From positions 5,174 to 69,173 of the forward strand of contig CALXTU010000006.1 of the NCBI GenBank assembly GCA_944391495.1: a stretch of DNA of 64,000 nucleotides, in the 5' to 3' direction. The notes beneath the pieces were generated by a model that searched no databases, was not told the origin of the DNA, and worked only from the letters and a program-made list of their open reading frames with translations. This DNA comes from an uncultured Alphaproteobacteria bacterium (GTDB taxonomy: Bacteria > Pseudomonadota > Alphaproteobacteria > RF32 > CAG-239). Below are positions 8,589 through 18,415 of the stretch, one piece after another. The position numbers and the translations under genes were made by a program. Position 1 is the stretch's first letter, and every line of letters starts with the position of its first letter.

Positions 8589-9371
8589 ATGTCTGCTCAA
8601 CCAAAAGTCATTACCATGATTCCGGTCAGAATGGCCTCCAGCCGCCTGCCCAACAAACCTCTGCTTGATATCAACGGCAAAACACTGATTCAACATGTTT
8701 ACGAACATGTTAAAATGTATGTTCCGGGCGATATCGTTATTGCCGCCGGCGACCAGGTTATTATTGACGAGGCCGAAAAATTCGGGGCTAAAGCTGTTTT
8801 AACCGATCCGAAACTTCCCAGCGGAACCGACCGTATTGCCGCAGCTTTGGCGGAAATTGACCCGGACGGAACCAAATATGACGTTGTGGTTAATTTTCAG
8901 GGTGACGGCATAAATGTTGACCCCAGAGTCAATCTGGACTTGATCGAGATGATTCAAAAAACCGACTGTGATATCGCCACCTGCGGTATGATATTTAAAA
9001 ACCAGAAAGACGTTGATGATCCGAACATGGTGAAAATCTGTATGGGGTTGCGCGAAGGTGAAAGAGAAGGACGCTGCCTTTACTTTACACGGGCGGCGGC
9101 ACCGTATATCCGTAATCCGGAAAAATGCCAAAATAAAGATTTTTATCATCATATCGGCATTTATGTCTTTAAGGCTTCATCTTTGAAAAAAATGGTATCC
9201 CTGCCGGTTGGAGTTCTGGAAGCAAGAGAATCGCTGGAGCAGCTCAGAGCTTTGGAAAACGGTATGACCATCCGCGCCAAGATTATCGACAAGATGACGC
9301 TTATTGACGGAGCTCCGGCAGATATCAATACCCCGGAGGAATATACAGAAGCGCTCAAATGGATTAAATAA
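8589..9371 (+). CDS. kdsB: 3-deoxy-manno-octulosonate cytidylyltransferase (CMP-KDO synthetase)
   Basis: 'MIPVRMASSRLPNKPLLDINGKTLIQHV' N-terminal nucleotidyltransferase motif. 'HHIGIYVF' and 'LEQLRALENG' are characteristic of KdsB. Confidence 0.9.
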   Translation: MSAQPKVITMIPVRMASSRLPNKPLLDINGKTLIQHVYEHVKMYVPGDIVIAAGDQVIIDEAEKFGAKAVLTDPKLPSGTDRIAAALAEIDPDGTKYDVVVNFQGDGINVDPRVNLDLIEMIQKTDCDIATCGMIFKNQKDVDDPNMVKICMGLREGEREGRCLYFTRAAAPYIRNPEKCQNKDFYHHIGIYVFKASSLKKMVSLPVGVLEARESLEQLRALENGMTIRAKIIDKMTLIDGAPADINTPEEYTEALKWIK

Positions 9372-9381
9372 ATTGCTTAAA

Positions 9382-9405
9382 AATCCCCCGCCGATGCGGG
9401 GGATT
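9382..9405. terminator. bidirectional terminator hairpin between kdsB and the convergent HAD gene
   Basis: Stem 'aatcccccgc'/'gcgggggatt' with a 4-nt loop, an A-run on the left and a T-rich right flank. Confidence 0.7.
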
Positions 9406-9408
9406 CCT

Positions 9409-10074
9409 TTATGCCATTGCGGTGTTGGCATACAGCCAATTTTTGAAGTCTTCGATGTCTTTAACCTCCGGTATCCAACGCAGATCTTCCGGCAAGTCGG
9501 TGGTAAATTCGCAGCGCATCCGCACCGGATGGGCGCCGCTGTTGATTGCCGCCTGCTGGTTATAGATACGGTCATCGACCAAAACCGTTTCTTCGGCCTT
9601 TAAGCCGTATTTTTCATAACAGGCACGCAGCATATCTTCTTTGGCGGTATCGTGCATAAACTTGCCGTGCTGCACACATTCAATGGTCAGGAAGTCTGAC
9701 ACCTCGGCTAAAAGTTTGTTCAAAAACTTCTTTTTGGTTTCGACATCAAAGGTTGCCGACAACGTAAACTGGCGATAGCCTTTTTGATTTAATTCCTTCA
9801 ACACCTCAATAACGTGCGGATACAGCGGCCGGTTGCAGAAAAACTCCGGCGAATGGCAGAAGTCATAATCAAGCTCCTCGCCCCGCTCGGGGTGCGTTTT
9901 GAGCTCCAGCGCACCGTATTTCGGGTTGACAGGCAAAACTTTCGGCAGATCTGCCCATTTGATGTTGCCGTAGACGGGCGCATATTTCGGATGTTTGGTC
10001 AAAAAGTTAAAATAAGCATAGTTCAGATTGGCCAAAACACCGTCAACGTCCCAAAATATATTTTTAATGATCAT
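9409..10074 (-). CDS. HAD-superfamily hydrolase (nucleotidase-like)
   Basis: 'IFWDVDGVLANL' DxDxV motif I. Start moved to the ATG at 10074, preceded by AAGGAG. The track start at 10197 would overlap rnhA by about 120 nt. Confidence 0.6.
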   Translation of the reverse strand: MIIKNIFWDVDGVLANLNYAYFNFLTKHPKYAPVYGNIKWADLPKVLPVNPKYGALELKTHPERGEELDYDFCHSPEFFCNRPLYPHVIEVLKELNQKGYRQFTLSATFDVETKKKFLNKLLAEVSDFLTIECVQHGKFMHDTAKEDMLRACYEKYGLKAEETVLVDDRIYNQQAAINSGAHPVRMRCEFTTDLPEDLRWIPEVKDIEDFKNWLYANTAMA

Positions 10075-10075
10075 T

Positions 10076-10528
10076 TTATTCTCCTTTGCAGCCGGTGAAT
10101 GATTTTGCCTGATCCCGCGCCAGTTTGTCAACCCGTTCGTTTTCCGGGTGACCGTTGTGCCCTTTAACCCATACCCATTTAATCGTATGTTTTTCAAGCT
10201 CCGAATCGAGAGCCTGCCATAAATCGATATTCTTGACCGGTGATTTTTTGTTGGCGGTGCGCCAGCCGTTGTTTTTCCAGTTCGGAAGCCAGGACTGCAC
10301 GCCGTCCATCACATAGCGGCTGTCGGTATGCAACGTCACCCGGCAGGGCTTTTTTAGGGCGCGCAGAGCCTCTATGGCCGCGGTCAGCTCCATGCGGTTG
10401 TTGGTGGTTTCCGCCGCACCGCCCGAGAGTTCTTTTTCAACCCCGGCGCAACGCAGAATCACGCCCCATCCCCCTGCTCCGGGATTGCCGGAACAGGCGC
10501 CGTCGGTAAATATCTCAACTTCTGGCAT
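10076..10528 (-). CDS. rnhA: ribonuclease HI
   Basis: '[22 protein letters not shown]', '[15 protein letters not shown]', 'LHTDSRYV' and '[15 protein letters not shown]' are the canonical DEDD-H RNase H motifs. Confidence 0.95.
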   Translation of the reverse strand: MPEVEIFTDGACSGNPGAGGWGVILRCAGVEKELSGGAAETTNNRMELTAAIEALRALKKPCRVTLHTDSRYVMDGVQSWLPNWKNNGWRTANKKSPVKNIDLWQALDSELEKHTIKWVWVKGHNGHPENERVDKLARDQAKSFTGCKGE

Positions 10529-11595
10529 TAAAACTCTCCGCGGAAATAGTCGTTGAAAAATTCGTTCATAATCATATTGTAGTCCTCATCACCGCGAATA
10601 ACTTTGGCCACAAAAGACCGCAGCTTGTTTTTGGGAATATAGATGCGAAAATCTTTCGGCATGGCCATATTGGCGCCGATAACGCCCTCAAGCTGAAAAT
10701 CATCTTCAATAAACGGCGACAAAACAATCTCCACATTGCAAAACTTGATAGCGCCGCGCGGCGGCAGGCGGAGTTCCGGACGGGTAATGATGTTCAGCTG
10801 CCCTTCAATACCGGCGATAACTTCCATCTGATTGTAGTTTGAAAAACGAACTTTGTTGTATTCGCCGCCGTCGCTGACGACCTCGGCCGACAAAAACATC
10901 TCACGGGCAATCACATTGGAAATATTGGCGCCCTGCAGTTCAAACGAAACTTTGACATACTGTTCCGGCGGGTTGTCGATACTGTTGGGATAAAGCATAT
11001 CTTCGTCCTGATTTTCCAAAGCCTCGATTTTTTTGCCGGCCACCTTAAGCTCAATATTGGGCTGCGGGTAACGGCCGAACATACCGGCAATCACGGCATA
11101 AGGCGCCGGAACGTTGTTGGAACCTGAACGGATGTAAATGGCCGAATTTCCGGTAGTCATCAGAGGAGAAACATCGCTTTTCGGAATATATGTTGCCACA
11201 AAACCGTCGCCGTTTTCGTCAACGCTGATTATATGATTGCGCACTTTGTTGTGGCTGGGAATGGTGCAGCCGGAGATGGCGTTTTCCAGCCAGCTTAAAA
11301 AGCGATAGACGTTTTTGACTTTTACTTTGGCCTTGGCGACATCGCCGATTTCGCCGTCGCGGGAACACTCAACGCCCCAGATGACAACTCCTCCTTCGGA
11401 ATTGCCGAAACCGGATATCGCTTTGGACAGGTTTTTACGGTCATCGCGGTGCAGCGTGTTAAAATTTTTGCCGTCGGAAGCGGCCTGCTTAAAATCAATG
11501 AACAATTCTTCACTCTGGCGGTTGACGATAAAGTCATCTATGGCTTCTTCGCCAAAATAAACCAATTTTTGAAAAATATCTTCGGCACGCGACAT
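10528..11595 (-). CDS. AlbA_2 / Schlafen-like putative nucleic-acid-binding domain protein with an uncharacterised C-terminal half
   Basis: N-terminus '[10 protein letters not shown]...[31 protein letters not shown]' matches the AlbA_2 signature (E..lEfK ... AfaNt.GG.l.iGv.d.g.i.G). The stop overlaps the rnhA start (TAATG at 10526-10530). Confidence 0.6.
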   Translation of the reverse strand: MSRAEDIFQKLVYFGEEAIDDFIVNRQSEELFIDFKQAASDGKNFNTLHRDDRKNLSKAISGFGNSEGGVVIWGVECSRDGEIGDVAKAKVKVKNVYRFLSWLENAISGCTIPSHNKVRNHIISVDENGDGFVATYIPKSDVSPLMTTGNSAIYIRSGSNNVPAPYAVIAGMFGRYPQPNIELKVAGKKIEALENQDEDMLYPNSIDNPPEQYVKVSFELQGANISNVIAREMFLSAEVVSDGGEYNKVRFSNYNQMEVIAGIEGQLNIITRPELRLPPRGAIKFCNVEIVLSPFIEDDFQLEGVIGANMAMPKDFRIYIPKNKLRSFVAKVIRGDEDYNMIMNEFFNDYFRGEF

Positions 11596-11608
11596 TATCT
11601 GCTCTCCT

Positions 11609-11645
11609 GCAAAAAAAATAACGGCCCGTAAACTGCCGTTATTTT
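11609..11645 (-). terminator. rho-independent terminator after the M16 peptidase gene
   Basis: 10-bp stem 'aaataacggc'/'gccgttattt' with a 9-nt loop, followed on the minus strand by an 8-nt T-run. It lies only about 15 nt upstream of the RBS of the AlbA_2 gene. Confidence 0.7.
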
Positions 11646-11669
11646 AGCCGATAATCTTTAAGATTTTAT

Positions 11670-12950
11670 TTATGCCAAAAGCTTTTGCAGCTCGTCATAT
11701 TCCGTATATTTATCCACCGCCCCGAGAAGCGCGTATGTCGGCCGCGAAGAGAATATCTCGCCGGCCACGGCGCGGATATCTTCCTTGGTTACGGCATCAA
11801 TTTTGGCAATAACCTCTTCAACCGTCAGACTGCGGTTGTAAATCAGATTCTGCCGTGCCAGCAATTCAGCCGTTGACGATGAACTTTCGAGCCCCATCTT
11901 AATACTGGCCTTAAGCTGCATTTTGGCACGGGAAAACTCTTTGTCGCTGACCTGATCGTTGCAAATCTTTTTTATTTCGTCGGCAACAACCGGAAGCAAA
12001 ACCGGTATATCCTTTGCCCCGGTACCGGCATAAATGCCGAACAGCCCCTCTTGGGTATGCGCGGCGGTAAAACTGTAAACCGAATAAACAAGCCCGCGCT
12101 TTTCCCTGATTTCCTGAAACAGGCGCGAGGACATTCCGCCGCCCAAAATGGTCGACAAAATGGCCATATCATAATAGCGGCGGCTTTTATACGGATAAGC
12201 TTTAAAGCCCAACACCAGATGACTTTGCTCTATCGGCCGGCGCTCCAGAAAAAAGCCGCCGACGTAATGCTGATCTTCGGCCGCAAAATTGGTCTTAGCA
12301 CGGAAATTTTCCATCCGCGTTTTGACCATGTCCACAAATTCCTGATGACGGATATTGCCGACAGCGCAAACGACCATATTTTCCGCCGCATAATTGCTGT
12401 TGATATAGTCAAGAAGCGTCTGCCGCTCAAAAGAACGTACGGTTTCTTCCGGCCCCAGAATTGAACGCCCGAGAGCCTGATCCGGAAACGCCGCCTCCTG
12501 AAAATAATCAAAAACTATGTCGTCTGGCGTATCTATCGTCTGTTTGATTTCCTGAATGACAACGTCGCGTTCCTTAACCAGTTCATCTTCCGGAAAAGTC
12601 GAATTCAAAATCGAATCCGTCAGCACATCAACCGCCAGCTCGGCGTTTTCTTTCATCATCTTGGCATAATAAGCGGTAAACTCCCGCGACGTATAAGCAT
12701 TTGACTGACCGCCGACGTCTTCGATTTCTTCGGAAATCTGCAGCGCCGTCCGGGTGTTGGTTCCCTTAAACGACATATGCTCCAGAAAATGCGATATACC
12801 GTTATTCTGCTTTGTTTCATAAGCCGAGCCGGTTCTGACCCAGATTCCCAGCGATACCGTTTCAAGCTGAGGGCGTTCCGAGGTTATGATTCTCAAACCG
12901 TTTGACAAAGTTGTTATTTGCGAGTTCATTTTTCCAGTTCCATCAACCAA
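11670..12950 (-). CDS. M16-family zinc peptidase (pitrilysin/processing-peptidase-like)
   Basis: Inverted zinc motif 'HFLEHMSFKGT' and the two-domain M16 layout. The true start may be the ATG of 'MNSQITT' at 12929. Confidence 0.85.
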   Translation of the reverse strand: MVDGTGKMNSQITTLSNGLRIITSERPQLETVSLGIWVRTGSAYETKQNNGISHFLEHMSFKGTNTRTALQISEEIEDVGGQSNAYTSREFTAYYAKMMKENAELAVDVLTDSILNSTFPEDELVKERDVVIQEIKQTIDTPDDIVFDYFQEAAFPDQALGRSILGPEETVRSFERQTLLDYINSNYAAENMVVCAVGNIRHQEFVDMVKTRMENFRAKTNFAAEDQHYVGGFFLERRPIEQSHLVLGFKAYPYKSRRYYDMAILSTILGGGMSSRLFQEIREKRGLVYSVYSFTAAHTQEGLFGIYAGTGAKDIPVLLPVVADEIKKICNDQVSDKEFSRAKMQLKASIKMGLESSSSTAELLARQNLIYNRSLTVEEVIAKIDAVTKEDIRAVAGEIFSSRPTYALLGAVDKYTEYDELQKLLA

Positions 12951-12953
12951 ATA

Positions 12954-14033
12954 TTAAACCGATTTGACAGCCGTTTTGACCGCCCTTATTGCCGATCTGA
13001 CAGCCGTTTCCATGCAGCAGGGATAATTTTGCATCGTCCAGTCGCCGGCTATAAACACGTTCGGATAAGACGTCAGGGCATTGCGCGGCCGGCGGAGATT
13101 GTTGCCTTCATCCTGGCGGATAGTAGCGTTTTTACAGCAAAAGGCCTTATACGGCGGCATAAACGCGGAGTTGACGCCCCGGATTTTATCAATTTCCTGC
13201 CAGACCTTCATTGCCAGACCGGACAAATTATTTTCCTGGGCATGATAATCCGAAATTACCGCTGATAACAAACCGTTTCCGGCAAAAAGCCAGTCGACCG
13301 TGCCGCCGGTAACACCGAGAAGCGATGCGCCGCCGGGCAGATATATCCGCTGCGAAGTCTGATATATTATATTGACGATTTGATTATGTTCAAGAGGAAT
13401 AATATCCAATACTTTGCGGCAGCTCAGATTATCAAGCGCCACAATAACCTTATCACGAGAACCGACCTCCGCCTGCCCTGTTGAAAATTCAAGCTGCGCC
13501 GCCATTCCGAACTGGGCGGCGATTTTATTCAGGCGGCAGTTTAAATGCACTTCGTCGGCATAGCCGGCAAGCATATTGATGATTCTCTGGCTTAAATCCT
13601 GCCCGGAAAACCAAACCTTGCGGACGGAAGGCGTCCAGGGAAAAGTCTGCCTCAAGATGTTCCGTTTTATGGGCGAGGCTATTTCTTCCGGTGCCGTGTT
13701 GCAAAAACTTTTTAAAATATGTCCCCGGTTTGCAAAAGCCGAAGTGCTTAGACCGCCGCCGGACATATCCAAAAACGGCACCTTGGCAATCCATTCGTTT
13801 TTTTTGACAAAAGCCGCCATGAACCGATTGGCACTAATAATGGCATGAACGGCATTATCCAGCCGAATACCCAGCCCGGCATCATCATAAGAATAGGCCC
13901 GGCCGCCGAGGCGCTCGCCGGCCTCGTAAATAACCGAACGAATTCCGGGGTATCGGCGTTTGAGATACCAGGCAGCGGCCAGACCGGCAATACCGCCGCC
14001 GACGATATGATATGTTTCCGGAAGCGATGTCAA
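12954..14033 (-). CDS. hpnE: FAD-dependent amine-oxidase-family protein, HpnE-like hydroxysqualene dehydroxylase
   Basis: Dinucleotide fold 'HIVGGGIAGLAAAWYL' and C-terminal 'FIAGDW...METAVRSA'. It sits directly downstream of hpnC and hpnD. It seems short for the family (my recollection of typical HpnE length, unchecked). Confidence 0.6.
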   Translation of the reverse strand: MTSLPETYHIVGGGIAGLAAAWYLKRRYPGIRSVIYEAGERLGGRAYSYDDAGLGIRLDNAVHAIISANRFMAAFVKKNEWIAKVPFLDMSGGGLSTSAFANRGHILKSFCNTAPEEIASPIKRNILRQTFPWTPSVRKVWFSGQDLSQRIINMLAGYADEVHLNCRLNKIAAQFGMAAQLEFSTGQAEVGSRDKVIVALDNLSCRKVLDIIPLEHNQIVNIIYQTSQRIYLPGGASLLGVTGGTVDWLFAGNGLLSAVISDYHAQENNLSGLAMKVWQEIDKIRGVNSAFMPPYKAFCCKNATIRQDEGNNLRRPRNALTSYPNVFIAGDWTMQNYPCCMETAVRSAIRAVKTAVKSV

Positions 14034-14038
14034 AAGGA

Positions 14039-14875
14039 TTATCTCCCGCTGAAAGCTTTTAAAATCAAAAATATTTTTGACAACCGGCCGATTTGCGGTT
14101 TGGGGGAAATAACCTCCCAGCCGCGGTTTTGCATGATGTCAAAATATCTTTTATAGATATAAGCTATCGCCCTGATATTGCGAGCAATCTTTTTATCAAG
14201 TTTTTTTATGGCCGCAAAGGCATCTGCATAATTCTTTTCCGCCATCTTGGCAAGTTCTTCCCGGGCAACGGCCAGATTTTTATCAACGATTACCGTCATC
14301 GGATCCGTCGCAACGATGTCGGCTTTCTGCAAAAATTCCCGCGGAATGTACAGGCGTCCGGCAACCGCATCTTCGCGAACATCTCGCAATATATTGGTAA
14401 TCTGCATGGCCATGCCGAGAGAATTTGACAATTCTTTTATTAACGTTTCATTCCTGCAGCCCAAAATACGCAACGACAAACTGCCCGGCGCACAGGCAAC
14501 GCCCCGGCAATAACGCTCAAATTCCGGCAGCGACGGCGCTCGAAGCGGATTGGGCAAATCCATGGATATACTGTCCAACAGGCTGACGATTTCCTGTTTG
14601 GGCAGATTAAACCGCATACAGTTTTTGTAAATATTACGACCGACGTCCGACGCCGGAACTTTTTTGTCATAGATATTGTCGATTTCCCGCCGCCAGGCGT
14701 CTAAAAGCTCCATTTTGTGCGACAGCGGTTCCGGACCGTCCACGATATCGTCAATATGGCGGCAGAAAGCATACAGGGTATAGATGGCGCGGCGCTCTTT
14801 GGTCGGCAGGATATGCATTCCCCAAAAGAACGACGAACCGGATTTTTTGACTATTTTTTTAATTTGTTTGTTCAT
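14039..14875 (-). CDS. hpnD: presqualene diphosphate synthase (squalene/phytoene synthase family)
   Basis: 'SSFFWGMHILPTKERRAIYTLYAFCRHIDDIVD' and the second Asp-rich region 'NILRDVREDA..GRLYIP'. Confidence 0.7.
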   Translation of the reverse strand: MNKQIKKIVKKSGSSFFWGMHILPTKERRAIYTLYAFCRHIDDIVDGPEPLSHKMELLDAWRREIDNIYDKKVPASDVGRNIYKNCMRFNLPKQEIVSLLDSISMDLPNPLRAPSLPEFERYCRGVACAPGSLSLRILGCRNETLIKELSNSLGMAMQITNILRDVREDAVAGRLYIPREFLQKADIVATDPMTVIVDKNLAVAREELAKMAEKNYADAFAAIKKLDKKIARNIRAIAYIYKRYFDIMQNRGWEVISPKPQIGRLSKIFLILKAFSGR

Positions 14876-15714
14876 AAGACACGTCCTTGTCCCTCAGGCC
14901 TGTTTCTAAGGGCTTGAATCATTCCCCGGCAAAATGCCTTGAGCCTGTCCGTCATATTCGGCCGCGGCGGATTCTGCAAAAAGTCAGTTCTTTTGTATTT
15001 TTGTAACACGGAATTGGTTAAGGAAAGAATAACGCAGATATTAAAACGCAGACGGAAATTGCGAATCAGTGCCGGCAGCAGCGCCGCTTCTTTAAGCATG
15101 GCTCCAGTTCTCGACAGTATTTCGTTCAGCAGTTCACGGACGGCAGACGACGTATAATTCAGCCCGAAATCAGACTGGCGGACGCCGTATTTTTGCATCA
15201 TATCCTGCGGAATATAGCAACGGCCGAGCCGGCTCAAATCCTGTTTGATATCCCCCAAATGATTAACCAGCTGCAAAACAACGCACAACTGCTCGGCCGG
15301 TAAAATCGCCGACGGAGCTTCATCGTGCACGGCCAGTATAAAACGCCCGACCGGCGCCGCCGAATAACGGCAATAATCCATAAGCTCTTCCCAGATGCGA
15401 ACCGGACGACCGGCGGCATCGCGCTCAAAAGCGGTCAACAGGTCCAAAAACAGCGAAGCATCAAGATTTTCGGCAACAAAAAGCTTTTCGAGACGGCGGA
15501 TTCCGGGCAGGTCATCAGCGGCAGACGGCTGCAAAAAAGCCTCCCGGACGGCCGCAAGGCGCCGGAGTTTTTCATCTTGCTGCAAACAGGGATCATCGGC
15601 AATATCGTCAGCCTGCCGCGCCGCTTGATAATATGCGTCCACCAGCGGTCGTAAAGATGCCGGCACCAGTTGTTTGACGGGAAATTGTTCGTCTTTGGCG
15701 GTTTTATGCTTCAT
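14872..15714 (-). CDS. hpnC: hydroxysqualene synthase (squalene synthase HpnC)
   Basis: 'EQFPVKQLVPASLRPLVDAYYQAARQADDIADD' and 'LGDIKQDLSRLGRCYIP'. It overlaps hpnD by 4 nt. Confidence 0.7.
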   Translation of the reverse strand: MKHKTAKDEQFPVKQLVPASLRPLVDAYYQAARQADDIADDPCLQQDEKLRRLAAVREAFLQPSAADDLPGIRRLEKLFVAENLDASLFLDLLTAFERDAAGRPVRIWEELMDYCRYSAAPVGRFILAVHDEAPSAILPAEQLCVVLQLVNHLGDIKQDLSRLGRCYIPQDMMQKYGVRQSDFGLNYTSSAVRELLNEILSRTGAMLKEAALLPALIRNFRLRFNICVILSLTNSVLQKYKRTDFLQNPPRPNMTDRLKAFCRGMIQALRNRPEGQGRVL

Positions 15715-15720
15715 CGGCGC

Positions 15721-17067
15721 TTATGCCTTTATCCGTTCAAGCCAGGGAACAATGTCGGCCAAAGCCCGGCAGCAGTATGCTTCTTTGCGTTCCGAGCCTT
15801 TAATCTTGCGAAATTTGCCGTTGGCGGTTTTCTCGCCGGAGATAACAGGAAACAGGCCGAAATTAATATTCATCGGCTGATAATTGCCGGTGGTGTCCCG
15901 CAAATGCGACCAGAGCGCGCCGAATGCCGTGGTCGGCGGCGGCAGCACGATATCTTTTCCCAAAACCTCGCAGGTTTTAAAATAACCGGCCAAAAAGCCG
16001 ACGGCGGCGCTTTCGACATATCCCTCGCAGCCGGTTATCTGGCCGGCAAAGGATATGTGCGGCAAAGTACGCAGGCGTAAAAAATCATCAAGCACGACCG
16101 GACTGTTGATGAAGGTATTTTTATGAATACCGCCCAGTCTGGCAAAACGGGCGTTCTCAAGCCCCGGTATCATGCGGAAAACGCGCTGCTGTTCGCCGTA
16201 TTTCATTTTGGTCTGAAACCCGACCATGTTGCGCAAAGTGTCTTCTTTGTTATCCTGCCGCAGTTGCACGACGGCATAGGGTTTTTGCCCGGGGGTGTGC
16301 GGATTGGTCAGGCCCACGGGTTTCATCGGGCCGAAAAGCAACGTATCGCGGCCGCGTTCGGCCATCACCTCAACCGGCAGGCAACCATCAAAATAAGCGC
16401 CTTTTTCAAAATCGTGAAATTCCGTTTTTTCGGCAGACAGCAGCACATCGACAAAAGCATAATACTCCGCCTCGGTCAGCGGACAGTTGATGTAGTCAAA
16501 CTTATCGCCCTTGTCATAACGCGACTGATACCAGGCTTTGGTAAAATCAATACTATCCTTATAGACAACCGGCGCAATTGCATCAAAAAAATTCAAACTC
16601 TGATTACCGACGGCTTCCCTAACGGCGGCGGTAAGACTGTCGGAGGCCAGCGGCCCGGCCGCAATGATGACCGGCAGGCCGGTCGGCGGCAGTGCGGTTA
16701 CCTCTTCGGCAACAAACTCAATCAGCGGGTGAGCATGCAGTTTTCGGTCGATAAATTCCGAAAACCCTTCCCTGTCAACGGCCAGAGCCCCGCCGGCCGG
16801 AACTTTGCAGGCATCGGCCGCCTCAAGCACCAGCGAACCGGCCAGGCGCATTTCCTGATGCAGCAGTCCGACGGCACTGTTGGTATGATCATCGGAACGC
16901 AGCGAATTTGAACAAACAAGCTCGGCGGCTTTGGCGGTTTTATGCGCCGGCGGCATTTTCAGCGGCCGCATTTCATGAAGCACCACCTTCACCCCGCGGG
17001 CGGCAATCTGCCAGGCGGCCTCGGACCCCGCAAGCCCGGCGCCGACAACGTGTATTTCCTGAACCAT
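15721..17067 (-). CDS. trmFO: methylenetetrahydrofolate--tRNA-(uracil54-C5)-methyltransferase
   Basis: '[18 protein letters not shown]', '[10 protein letters not shown]' and '[16 protein letters not shown]' are typical TrmFO/Gid motifs. Confidence 0.9.
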   Translation of the reverse strand: MVQEIHVVGAGLAGSEAAWQIAARGVKVVLHEMRPLKMPPAHKTAKAAELVCSNSLRSDDHTNSAVGLLHQEMRLAGSLVLEAADACKVPAGGALAVDREGFSEFIDRKLHAHPLIEFVAEEVTALPPTGLPVIIAAGPLASDSLTAAVREAVGNQSLNFFDAIAPVVYKDSIDFTKAWYQSRYDKGDKFDYINCPLTEAEYYAFVDVLLSAEKTEFHDFEKGAYFDGCLPVEVMAERGRDTLLFGPMKPVGLTNPHTPGQKPYAVVQLRQDNKEDTLRNMVGFQTKMKYGEQQRVFRMIPGLENARFARLGGIHKNTFINSPVVLDDFLRLRTLPHISFAGQITGCEGYVESAAVGFLAGYFKTCEVLGKDIVLPPPTTAFGALWSHLRDTTGNYQPMNINFGLFPVISGEKTANGKFRKIKGSERKEAYCCRALADIVPWLERIKA

Positions 17068-17224
17068 CGGTTTAAAATCTTAATCCAAACATCAATATTG
17101 CCGCCTTTATAGTCGTTTTTGTCCGAAAAGTAAACAAAAACTTCGTTTATAAGTCTCGCATAGTATTTGCCATCCGAAATAAAAAACAATATACTTGAGG
17201 CCAAAATACGGGAGACGCTGACTG

Positions 17225-18361
17225 ATGAAATTTCGACTGGGGGCAATTATTTTTGCGGCAGGGTGTATTTTCGCCCTGTCTGCCTATGCCAGCGAAGATC
17301 CCGAAACATACCCTTTTCCCGATGATTTCAGTTTTGACGACCTGCCGGAAATAGAGCCGCTGCCGCCGCTTGACGGAGAAACACCGCCGCTGCTTGCGGA
17401 TACTGCCGCCGCGGAAGCCCCGACCGAAGCGACTCCGGAAGATGCGGAAACACCCCTTCTGAGGCCGGTAACTGAGACATCTTCGGGCCAGAGTACGGCT
17501 CAAACAGGCGAGCAGGATATTTTTCTTCCCGGAACAGACGGAACGGCCAATGAAGATGCTTTTGCAACCGATAAAAGCCTTACCGAAACCCTGAAGGAAG
17601 CTGACGCACAACCGGAATCAGGTCCGCTGGGCGGGACCTGGGTTGAAAAACTGACGACCAGCAATCCCTTGTCGCTGTTGACCGGCAACGAACCTCAAAA
17701 AGCTGACGCAAAACTTGAAGAAATGGTGCAAAAAGCCCGCGGTAATGAAGAAACCGGCCGTTCAAACGCCTCGGTGTTTGATATTGCCGGGGTGATGCTG
17801 CGCATGAGTCTCGACCAAACGGAGCGCACTTTGCAAAACCGCGGTTTTCGCAAGGTTAATGCCCGGTTTCAAATTCCGAACTTTATCAAATGGCGCAATG
17901 AAGAAAGTTGCCGCAACGAAGGCGTTGTCGGTTATGAACGCCTTGAAGCCTGCGTTATTGACAAGGCCAAAAAAGACGGACACCAGTATCTGCAGTACCT
18001 GAAATATGTCAAATACGACACCAAAGAGGAAATGGAAGTTTATTTTACCAGCAACTTTACCGAAAACAAGGTTTATAAAATCGTTTACCGCTCCCGAATC
18101 GCCTCAATTACGGGTAATTCGCCCAAGGCCGTTTACATCCGCAACATTAAAATTTATGACTTCTGGAAACGAATCAACCAAAAATACGGTCAGCCGGACA
18201 ACAAAACGAACGTCACCTGGGGAATGGGCGGCGACAAGCCCTATCTTAAGGCCGACAGCGGTTATCTGCTGCTGGAAGACCCGATGTTCCGGGAGCTTGA
18301 TTATACCCGGATGTCGCGTGAAGACCAGCGGTTTATCAACAGTGATTTTTATACTTTTTAA
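17225..18361 (+). CDS. secreted hypothetical protein with an acidic Pro/Glu/Thr-rich N-terminal region
   Basis: Signal peptide 'MKFRLGAIIFAAGCIFALSAYA'. About 150 aa of low-complexity acidic sequence, then a globular Lys/Tyr-rich C-terminal half. No family recognised. Confidence 0.55.
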   Translation: MKFRLGAIIFAAGCIFALSAYASEDPETYPFPDDFSFDDLPEIEPLPPLDGETPPLLADTAAAEAPTEATPEDAETPLLRPVTETSSGQSTAQTGEQDIFLPGTDGTANEDAFATDKSLTETLKEADAQPESGPLGGTWVEKLTTSNPLSLLTGNEPQKADAKLEEMVQKARGNEETGRSNASVFDIAGVMLRMSLDQTERTLQNRGFRKVNARFQIPNFIKWRNEESCRNEGVVGYERLEACVIDKAKKDGHQYLQYLKYVKYDTKEEMEVYFTSNFTENKVYKIVYRSRIASITGNSPKAVYIRNIKIYDFWKRINQKYGQPDNKTNVTWGMGGDKPYLKADSGYLLLEDPMFRELDYTRMSREDQRFINSDFYTF

Positions 18362-18415
18362 ACATTGTTGCGGTAGAATGGAATTTGATTGTATAAAACA
18401 ACCGGGAAGAATCCA

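Noticed and set aside
11629-11654. A sigma-28-like motif TAAA-N14-GCCGATAA on the plus strand.
   Set aside because: It points into the 3' end of the minus-strand M16 peptidase gene, with no plus-strand gene downstream. It also overlaps the stem of that gene's terminator, and the spacing is off by one. It is probably a chance match.
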